32,000 nucleotides of DNA from Methanopyrus kandleri AV19 (GTDB lineage Archaea; JAADCQ01; Methanopyri; Methanopyrales; Methanopyraceae), in contig NC_003551.1 in the NCBI RefSeq assembly GCF_000007185.1, positions 1,530,001 to 1,562,000 of the forward strand, written 5' to 3'. The first letter of the stretch is position 1, and each line of letters begins with the position of its first letter. A program made the translations under genes and the position numbers. The notes under the pieces were generated by a model. It worked only from the letters and a program-made list of their open reading frames with translations, was not told the DNA's origin and ran no database searches. Below are positions 7,502-14,628 of this stretch, piece by piece.

Positions 7502-7897
7502 ATGGCCGAATTCACCCTGCTCACGGGTCGAACGATCTGGCAGGGTGAAGCTATCGAAACCGACAAGGCGGGCGAGATCTACCCCAACGCCACCGCCATC
7601 TGTTACTTCAATCCTAAGGACATGAGTGAGCTCGGCATCAGCGAGGGTGACCCCGTTAAGGTCAAGTCCAAATACGGCGAAGTAATCGTACGGGCTAAAG
7701 CCGCGGACACCGACGTGCCACCTCGCGGTATAGTTTTCATTCCGATGGGCCCCTGGGCCAATAAAGTCGTGGATCCGAACACCAAGAGTACGGGAATGCC
7801 CGGCTTCAAGGGGATAAAGGTCGAGATAGAACCTACTGACGAAGAGCCGATCGAAGACATGTCTGAATTCATGCGCTCCGAGTATCTCTCCGAATAA
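7502..7897 (+). CDS. fwdD: Formylmethanofuran dehydrogenase subunit D (molybdopterin dinucleotide-binding domain)
   Basis: ATG 7502 inside ORF 7424..7897, with GGGGAG upstream. The sequence MAEFTLLTGRTIWQGEA..GDPVKVKSKYGEVIVRAKAADTDVPPRGIVFIPMGPWAN is typical FwdD. Confidence 0.85.
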   Translation: MAEFTLLTGRTIWQGEAIETDKAGEIYPNATAICYFNPKDMSELGISEGDPVKVKSKYGEVIVRAKAADTDVPPRGIVFIPMGPWANKVVDPNTKSTGMPGFKGIKVEIEPTDEEPIEDMSEFMRSEYLSE

Positions 7898-7980
7898 CCT
7901 CATGGTAGCTTGGTGGTTCACGTTTACCCATCATTTTCATCGAATATCGACATCGCTAACAACGGGAAGGGGGTGAAAAA

Positions 7981-9282
7981 GTGGCGAGGAAAGTGATCAA
8001 GGATGTGGTCTGTCCGTTCTGTGGTACGCTGTGTGATGATCTAGAGGTGGTCGTGGAGGACGGTGAGATCGTGGAGGTACGGCATGCTTGTAGGATCGGT
8101 GCTGCGAAGTTCTTGACGGCGCAGGAGGATCATCGTCACACCGAGCCGATGATCAAAGAGAACGGAGAATGGAAGAAAATCGACTACGAAGACGCCGCAG
8201 AAGAGACCGCGAAGATGCTGGTAGAAGCTAAACTACCCGTACTCTACGGTTGGTCGGCGACGCTCGTAGAGGCGCAAGAGAAGGGTGTTGAACTGGCCGA
8301 GCTCGTCGGTGGAATCATCGACAACACGGCTTCGGTGTGACACGGACCTTCGGTACTGGGACTGCAGGACGTCGGTGTACCCAGCTGCACGCTAGGTGAG
8401 GTGAAGAACAGGGCGGACACGGTGATCTACTGGGGCAGTAACCCGATGCACGCTCACCCGCGGCACATGAGCCGTTACACCGCCTTCACCCGCGGCTTCT
8501 TCCGACCGAAGGGTCGTGAGGATCGTACTATCATCGTCGTGGACCCGCGGAAGACCGCGACGGCGCGTCTAGCCGACGTGTACATCCGCGTCCGCCCTAA
8601 CGAGGACTATGAGCTGATCAGCGCGCTCCGGGCGGCTGTTCACGGGATCGAGATCGAGCGCGAGGAGGTCGCCGGAGTGCCGACGGAGCAGATCTACGAG
8701 GTCGCTGACCTGATCAAGGAGGCCAGCTTCGGCACACTGTTCTGGGCGATGGGTCTAACGATGTCCCGGGGTCGTCATCGGAACATCGACAACGCGATCT
8801 GTCTGATCAAGGACCTGAACGAGTACACGAAGTGGACGCTGATCATGATGCGAGGCCACTACAACGTGACCGGGTTCAACGAGGTACTGGCGTGGACGAC
8901 CGGATACCCGTACGCCGTGGACTTCAGCCGTGGGTACCCGCGGTACAACCCGGGTGAGACGAGCACCGTGGACCTACTAACCCGCGGCGAGGTCGACGCC
9001 ATGATGGTCATTGCCAGTGATCCGGGTGCGCACTTCCCGCGGAAGGCTGTGGAGCACATGGCTAGGATCCCGCTCGTGTGCGTGGACCCGCACTGGACGC
9101 CGACCGCCGAACTCGCTGACCTGTACGTGCCCGTAACCATCGCCGGCATCGAATGGGAAGGCACCGCCTACCGAATGGACTCAGTACCCATCAGGATGCG
9201 CAAGGTCGTCGAACCACCCGAAAGCATGCTCAACGACGTAGAATTCCTCGAAATGGTCATAGAAAAGGTCGAGGAGATGTAA
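7981..9282 (+). CDS. fwdB: Tungsten formylmethanofuran dehydrogenase subunit B, selenocysteine-containing (UGA at 8338-8340 decoded as Sec)
   Basis: ORFs 7981..8340 and 8401..9282 are in the same frame. They are separated only by TGA plus 20 sense codons. N-terminal Fe-S motif CPFCGTLCDD..C. The TGA lies in DNTASV-U-HGPSVLG, at the metal-ligand Cys/Sec position of this family. A SECIS-like structure follows the stop. This corresponds to the Sec isoform described as fwuB in Methanopyrus. Confidence 0.85.
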
Positions 9283-9364
9283 GCCCGGGCCGCCCCACGG
9301 GGCGAACCCCGTCCCCGGGGAGCCCCGTGGGGTGAAGCGGGGGCAAGTCCCCCGCGGCCCGGGC
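9283..9364 (+). promoter_or_regulatory. Archaeal SECIS element (3' of fwdB)
   Basis: An 11-bp closing stem GCCCGGGCCGC (9283-9293) / GCGGCCCGGGC (9354-9364). An inner 10-bp helix 9294-9303 / 9322-9331. An internal loop with GAA (9304-9306) opposite A9321. An apical helix CCCCG-uccc-CGGGG (9307-9320). A second hairpin GGGGG-caagu-CCCCC (9339-9353). Confidence 0.75.
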
Positions 9365-9399
9365 CTTTCACTCCGTAACTCCCTCCGGGGTGCGTCCAT

Positions 9400-9711
9400 A
9401 TGGAACTCCGATGCCCGTACTGCGGCTCGCGCTCCTGTGTGAACGAATCCGCCCTGTCGTTGTTCCTCCGGGCGTCCGAACGCGCCGCGAGGTACGTGGT
9501 CAAGGGGCGAGATGACGTGGACGAAGATCCGAACTTCCGTCCCTCGTTCGGTGAAGTCGGGATCTGTAAGGAGACTTCCAAGCGCATATGGGTGTGTCCA
9601 TACTGTCACTCCCTCATCCCGGAGCTCGAACCCGATGGGATGACCGCCCGATGTCCCGAATGCGGGCGGGAAGCTAACGTGGCACCCTCCCGCCGTAAGA
9701 TCGTGTGTTGA
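9400..9711 (+). CDS. Hypothetical zinc-ribbon protein (103 aa) embedded in the fwd operon
   Basis: ATG start with GGGGTG upstream. GC3-rich codons like the neighbouring genes. Cys pairs CPYC (5-8), CPYC (66-69) and CPEC (84-87), plus C13 and C55. Its end overlaps the fwdA start region. Confidence 0.55.
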   Translation: MELRCPYCGSRSCVNESALSLFLRASERAARYVVKGRDDVDEDPNFRPSFGEVGICKETSKRIWVCPYCHSLIPELEPDGMTARCPECGREANVAPSRRKIVC

Positions 9712-11495
9712 AAGGAGCACAGCTCCGGGTGTCGGATGGGGGGGTTCGTTTGGCCAAAGAACTTCTGATCAAGAACGCCTGCGTGTACGACCCCCTCAAC
9801 GGGATCGAAGGCGAGGTTATGGACATCGGGGTGAAGGACGGTAAGATCGTCGACCCTTCCGAAGTCGACGAGTCCAAGGCGAAGGTTATCGACGCGGAAG
9901 GTCGCCTGACAATGGCCGGAGGTGTCGACATCCACGCGCACGTGGCCGGTCCGAAGGTCAACGTGGGTCGTATATTCAGACCCGAGGACAGCCGCCGCCT
10001 CCAGGTGGCGATCAAGAAGCTCGGAACGCGTTCGGGTACTGGATTTTCGGTCCCGTCGACCACGATCACGGGGTACCTGTACGCCCAGATGGGATACACC
10101 ACCGTGATGGAAGCCGCCACCCCGCCGCTGCTGACCAGACACACCCACGAGGAGATCAGGGACACTCCGATCCTGGACGAAGGCGCGTACACGCTGATGG
10201 CCAACAACTGGATCCTGTACGAGTACATCAAGGAAGGCGAACTCGAAAAGGCGGCCGCGTACGCCGCCTGGTTGCTCCGAGCGACCAAGGGTTTTGTGAT
10301 AAAGATGGTGAACCCCGGCGGTACCGAGGCCTGGGGATGGGGTGAGAACGTCCACAGTCTGGACGATCCCGTACCCTACTTCGAGATCACCCCGGCCGAG
10401 ATCTACCAGAACTACGTCAAGATCAACGAGATGCTGGGTCTACCACACTCGATTCACATCCACCCGAACCTCCTCGGTGAGCCCGGTAACTACGAGATCA
10501 CGACGGACAGCTGGGACGTGATCAAGAAGACGGGTGTGGAGCCGAACCCCGAGATAGGTGAACGTGAGCAGGTCGTGCACAACACGCACGTACAGTTCCA
10601 CTCGTACGGCGGTGACTCTTGGCCGACGTTCGAGTCGAAGGCCGAGGAGGTCGCGAAATACCTGAACAAGAACGACCACGTGACGGTCGACCTGGGTGCG
10701 GTCACCCTGGACGAGACCACGACCATGACCGCCGACGGTCCGCTCGAGTGGGAGCTGCAGGAGCTGACGGGCTTCAAGTGGGCGAACTACGACGTCGAGC
10801 TTGAGACGGGATCGGGCGTGGTACCGTTCATCTACAGTCCGAAGAACCCCGTGCACTCGGTTCAGTGGGCTATCGGTCTGGAGATCGCGCTTCTAACCGA
10901 GAATCCATGGCAGGTCGTGATCTCGACGGACCACCCGAACGCGGGCCCGTTCATCCGGTACCCGAGGATCATCGCGTGGCTGATGAGCGAACCGTACCGT
11001 GAGGAGTGGATCGAAAACGTACACCCGTGGGTGGGCCAGCGCGCGGCGATCGCGACCATCGACCGCGAATACACATGGACCGACATCACGATCACGACTC
11101 GGGCCGCCCCGGCGAAGATGTTGGGTCTCTCGGACCGTATCGGACACCTGGGTGAGGGCGCTTACGCGCACATCGCCATCTACGACATCAAACCCGACGA
11201 GGTGGATCCCTCGCGGGACTACGAGGAAGTGGAGAAGGCCATGGAGCAGGCGTGGCTCGTAGTGAAGGACGGAGAGATCGTAGTTCAGGAAGGTGTAGTG
11301 GTGAACGAACCCGTCGGGCGTACTTACTGGGTCGACGTTAAGGTTCCGGAGGATCTGCTCGAGGAAGTCAAGAAGGACCTTGAGACGAAGTTCCGGCGCT
11401 ACTACTCCGTGAACCTGGGCAACTACCAGGTCCAGGACGTGTACATCCCGAAGGAGGAGCGAATCGTAATCGACGCCCGCGATCGCCTCTCGTAA
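9705..11495 (+). CDS. fwdA: Formylmethanofuran dehydrogenase subunit A (amidohydrolase fold)
   Basis: Sequences LLIKNACVYDPLNGIEGEVMDIGVKDGKIV and GGVDIHAHVAGPKVN, with a typical FwdA length. The coordinates give the maximal ORF. By comparison with homologue N-termini, the true start is more likely GTG 9729 or TTG 9750. Confidence 0.88.
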   Translation: MLKGAQLRVSDGGVRLAKELLIKNACVYDPLNGIEGEVMDIGVKDGKIVDPSEVDESKAKVIDAEGRLTMAGGVDIHAHVAGPKVNVGRIFRPEDSRRLQVAIKKLGTRSGTGFSVPSTTITGYLYAQMGYTTVMEAATPPLLTRHTHEEIRDTPILDEGAYTLMANNWILYEYIKEGELEKAAAYAAWLLRATKGFVIKMVNPGGTEAWGWGENVHSLDDPVPYFEITPAEIYQNYVKINEMLGLPHSIHIHPNLLGEPGNYEITTDSWDVIKKTGVEPNPEIGEREQVVHNTHVQFHSYGGDSWPTFESKAEEVAKYLNKNDHVTVDLGAVTLDETTTMTADGPLEWELQELTGFKWANYDVELETGSGVVPFIYSPKNPVHSVQWAIGLEIALLTENPWQVVISTDHPNAGPFIRYPRIIAWLMSEPYREEWIENVHPWVGQRAAIATIDREYTWTDITITTRAAPAKMLGLSDRIGHLGEGAYAHIAIYDIKPDEVDPSRDYEEVEKAMEQAWLVVKDGEIVVQEGVVVNEPVGRTYWVDVKVPEDLLEEVKKDLETKFRRYYSVNLGNYQVQDVYIPKEERIVIDARDRLS

Positions 11496-11522
11496 ACGTT
11501 CTTTCCTCGGGGGGTACCTCGG

Positions 11523-12326
11523 TTGAAAGAGGTCGTGTTGACGCCGAAAGGAGAACCGGACGTACCGCTCGAGGCCGAAGTTATATGCCCGGACGAGTTC
11601 GCGGGTAAGTCCGAGGGCGAGATCGAGGCGCTGAAAATCTACGAAGGTAACTCGACCGTCGAGCTCGGCGAGTACTTCGACGTGGAAGGGGATGCGGGCG
11701 ACTCGCCCGGGGACACCAGGATCGTGATCGAAGGGGACGTACCCTGGGTCAAGCTAATCGGGTACAGGATGAGCGCCGGTGAGATTCTGGTTAAGGGAGA
11801 TGTCGGCCGACATGCGGGCGCCGAGATGAAAGGAGGCAAGCTGATCGTGGAGGGGGACGCCGACGACTGGCTCGGTCGGGAGATGAAGGGTGGAGAGATC
11901 ACGGTGCACGGAAACGCCGGGAACTACGTGGGTTCCACGTATCGAGGTGAGTGGCGCGGGATGAGCGGTGGCCGTATCCTGGTGAAAGGGGACGCCGGCG
12001 ACGAGATCGGAGAGTGGATGTCCGACGGGAAGATCATAGTGGAGGGAGACGCGGGCATCATGATAGGAATTCACATGCAGGGAGGCACCATCATCGTGAG
12101 AGGAGACGTCGGAGTGCGTCCCGGCGCCCAGATGGAGGGAGGAACCGTCGTCGTCTGCGGCCGCGCCGAGGACATTCTGCCCAGCTTCCGATACGAGGGA
12201 CTCAAGGAGGACCCCGTGGAAGAAGCGACCGGGACCTTCCACCTGTTCACGGGCGACTACGCCAACGGGCCCAAGGTCGAGGGCGAACTGTACTTGAGCA
12301 CGGCGCTCAACGAGGTGCCGAGGTAA
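11523..12326 (+). CDS. fwdC: Formylmethanofuran dehydrogenase subunit C
   Basis: N-terminus MKEVVLTPKGEPDVPLEAEVICPDEFAGKS. Repeated beta-helix GDxG repeats (GDVGRHAGAEMKGGKLIVEGDADDWLGREMKGGEITVHGNAGNYVG..) of the GXGXG / glutamate synthase C-terminal-like fold. Confidence 0.88.
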   Translation: MKEVVLTPKGEPDVPLEAEVICPDEFAGKSEGEIEALKIYEGNSTVELGEYFDVEGDAGDSPGDTRIVIEGDVPWVKLIGYRMSAGEILVKGDVGRHAGAEMKGGKLIVEGDADDWLGREMKGGEITVHGNAGNYVGSTYRGEWRGMSGGRILVKGDAGDEIGEWMSDGKIIVEGDAGIMIGIHMQGGTIIVRGDVGVRPGAQMEGGTVVVCGRAEDILPSFRYEGLKEDPVEEATGTFHLFTGDYANGPKVEGELYLSTALNEVPR

Positions 12327-12351
12327 GCTCCTGCTCCCTCCAAACGACCGG

Positions 12352-12374
12352 TTCGTTATCTTTCCCTTAACGAA
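12352..12374 (+). repeat. Interrupted palindrome TTCGTTA-N9-TAACGAA, copy 1 of 3 in the window
   Basis: TCGTTA 12353-12358, 9-nt spacer TCTTTCCCT, TAACGA 12368-12373. It lies 26 nt after the fwdC stop and 21 nt before GTG 12396, and is followed by GGGGACCG. Confidence 0.6.
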
Positions 12375-12395
12375 TCCCTCTCGGGGACCGCCGAC

Positions 12396-12695
12396 GTGAA
12401 GACACTCCGGATGTCCCCCGAAGAGCTACTGGAGTACTTTCGGAAAGAGGTCGAGGAGGGAGATCGATTAGAGCTTAACTACGCGTTCGTACACATACCC
12501 GGCGAGGTCGTTAAAATCACGAGGTACCGCCTCCATCTGTACGTCGAGTCTGAGGTAGCCCCCGGGATTCGACGCTACGATCTGGAGGAGATATGCTCGA
12601 TGATGCTGGAAGTAATCCACGAGCCCAAGGAAGGGAAACCGGTTAAGATCGTCGTCGAGGGGGCCGACGAGAGTCCGGGCATAGGTATCCTCTAA
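12396..12695 (+). CDS. Hypothetical protein (99 aa) downstream of fwdC
   Basis: GC3-rich ORF with acidic composition (MKTLRMSPEELLEYFRKEVEEGDRLELNYAFVHIPGEVVK..). GTG 12396 or ATG 12411 are possible starts. No family was recognised. Confidence 0.45.
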   Translation: MKTLRMSPEELLEYFRKEVEEGDRLELNYAFVHIPGEVVKITRYRLHLYVESEVAPGIRRYDLEEICSMMLEVIHEPKEGKPVKIVVEGADESPGIGIL

Positions 12696-12780
12696 TTATG
12701 TTGACTACTTCTCAACACCTGAGGTATCAAAGTCAAAATTAAAAGACATCAACTCCGGCTCGGTTGAGGGCTATCCCCGG

Positions 12781-14628
12781 TTGACGAGGACGGCTTACGT
12801 GCTGCTAGCCCTGCTGGCGGCGCTGGTCGGACAGGCATCGGCGGCATCGGTAGGTTCGCAGCTGACCCTCGACACGGCGATGCAGTGGGACCAACAGCAG
12901 AACAAGTACGTGGATTCCGACGTGGCCGCCAGGGACGGTTACTACTACCAGGTCAAAGGGCCGGCCGTGGCGGTGGACAGCACGGGTACGGTACTGGTAG
13001 CCTGGGAGGAATGGTCCGAGAACGGCAACGTAGTCGGTAAGATAGGACTGAGAACACCATCTGGTAACGCAGTCTACGTGACCCCGGAGCAGGATTGCGT
13101 CTACTTCGCCCCGGCCCTGACGAGCTACGATCAGGGTAAGTTCCTCCTGGCCGTGACGGAAGTGCCGCAGAGCAACTTGGTCGCGCAGGATTACGGCAAG
13201 CTGCTAGTGTACAAGGTCGACGTCTCCAACGGCCAGATTACGGTGGGTTCCTCACCGGTACAGGTAGCCGATAACGCCGCCTACCCGCACGTGGTGTACC
13301 TGGGGTCGGACAACGACAACAGGTACGTGGCGATCGTGTACGAGCGGTGGAACGGAGAGACTGGCGACGTCGAACTGCAGGTGCTCAAGATCGACACGAA
13401 CGGGAACATCATCCCGGTCTTGAGTCAGCCGCTTGTTATCGCGGAAGGGGTGTGTAAGGACTACGTTAAGGGCGACGTTCACTACTTCGGGCACGCCAGA
13501 CCCGTGGCGTCGCTGTACCAAGAGGGTGACTCCAAGTACTTGATAGTGGTGCTGACGAACTACTCGCAAGCTACTCCCAACGTGAGCGAGTGGGGTTTCT
13601 ACGGCGAGTGGAAGGGGTGCAAGGTGGAGGCGTACGTGGTGGATCTCCCCGATTTCTCAACGATCGGTGGGTTAAGCTCGGAGAACGTGCACAAGGTACA
13701 AGGATCACTGTCGGCTTCCGAGGACACCAACGAGTGCCCGTGGGTATGCGACAACGTGGTAGTGTATCGGGTCGGATCGCTCTGGGGAGGGATGTCGGGG
13801 GACACCACGATCCCGGACATCAACGCCGCACTGATAGTGAAGTCGAGAGACTCCTGGACGTTCTCGTCGGACACCACGATCTACCGCCGTATCTACACGC
13901 AGACGGGTCCCGCCGTAGCCAGGGTCTACACGAACAATGACGATAAGACGCCGTACTACTTGGCGGTGTTCGCGGATAACAGCGGGGGTTTCGGTAAGGA
14001 GCGGTTAACGGGCGTCCTGTTCCGCGTCAAGGACGGGAAGATCCAGGTGATCGCGCAGTACGACCTCACGGGGTTCGGTAGTGGGTACTATTACTACTGT
14101 CCGACCGTAGCCACGGTCAAGAGCAAGTACGGAGATGCCGAGCTGGTTGTGGCCTGCTACAAGGGTGACAGCGGGAGCGGCGGCCATAACATCGGCGACG
14201 CCGTCATGCTGACGGTAAGCATCGGTGATCCCGTCGATGAGTTCATGTCGTCGGCCGCCGAGCTGCTCAACAGCCTGACTGGTACCGTGGACGTCGTGAA
14301 CAACGCGATCTTCAACAGCTACTCGGGGCTCAAGAAGAAGGTTTCCGACCTGGAGAAGAAGTCGAACGAGCTAACGCAGACCACTCAGGAGCTGCAGAAC
14401 AAGGTCTCCACACTCGAACAGGGTCAGGAGGAGCTGAAGCAGGAAGTAAGCAAGATCTCACAGGAGGTGAGTGGCCTGAAGGGCAGCATAGACGAGTGCA
14501 AGAACACCGTAGAAAACCTCGAAGAGCGCGTGAAGAAGCTCGAGCGTAGGAAGATCGCGGTATCACCGATGGCGGTACTGGCCGCCGCGTTGACGCTGGC
14601 GGCGTACAGGAGGTACGGCCGGCAATAG
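12781..14628 (+). CDS. Cell-surface protein: signal peptide, six-fold repeat domain, coiled-coil stalk, C-terminal membrane anchor
   Basis: TTG start with GAGGG upstream and AAAATTAAAAG (12735-12745) as a TATA candidate. Signal peptide MTRTAYVLLALLAALVGQASA. A motif of the form P-x-V/L-A..(6-10)..Y-h-h-V-h recurs six times (GPAVAVDSTGTVLVAW, FAPALTSYDQGKFLLAV, YPHVVYLGSDNDNRYVAIV, ARPVASLYQEGDSKYLIVV, GPAVARVYTNNDDKTPYYLAV, CPTVATVKSKYGDAELVVA). A heptad-rich Q/E/K segment spans about 14290-14560. TM tail IAVSPMAVLAAALTLAAY-RRYGRQ. Confidence 0.7.
   Translation: MTRTAYVLLALLAALVGQASAASVGSQLTLDTAMQWDQQQNKYVDSDVAARDGYYYQVKGPAVAVDSTGTVLVAWEEWSENGNVVGKIGLRTPSGNAVYVTPEQDCVYFAPALTSYDQGKFLLAVTEVPQSNLVAQDYGKLLVYKVDVSNGQITVGSSPVQVADNAAYPHVVYLGSDNDNRYVAIVYERWNGETGDVELQVLKIDTNGNIIPVLSQPLVIAEGVCKDYVKGDVHYFGHARPVASLYQEGDSKYLIVVLTNYSQATPNVSEWGFYGEWKGCKVEAYVVDLPDFSTIGGLSSENVHKVQGSLSASEDTNECPWVCDNVVVYRVGSLWGGMSGDTTIPDINAALIVKSRDSWTFSSDTTIYRRIYTQTGPAVARVYTNNDDKTPYYLAVFADNSGGFGKERLTGVLFRVKDGKIQVIAQYDLTGFGSGYYYYCPTVATVKSKYGDAELVVACYKGDSGSGGHNIGDAVMLTVSIGDPVDEFMSSAAELLNSLTGTVDVVNNAIFNSYSGLKKKVSDLEKKSNELTQTTQELQNKVSTLEQGQEELKQEVSKISQEVSGLKGSIDECKNTVENLEERVKKLERRKIAVSPMAVLAAALTLAAYRRYGRQ

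Noticed and set aside
7898-7980. The AT-richer fwdD-fwdB spacer as an sRNA or internal promoter (TCGAATATCGA; minus-strand ATGATGG and GATGA)
   Set aside because: The box-like strings have no matching D boxes or terminal stem. An internal promoter is possible but cannot be supported from sequence alone.
8338-8340. The TGA could mean fwdB is a pseudogene or two separate genes
   Set aside because: The frame is preserved and the next 20 codons are sense. The TGA sits at the catalytic Cys/Sec position. A GAA/A-type SECIS fold follows the stop. Selenocysteine is the simpler reading.
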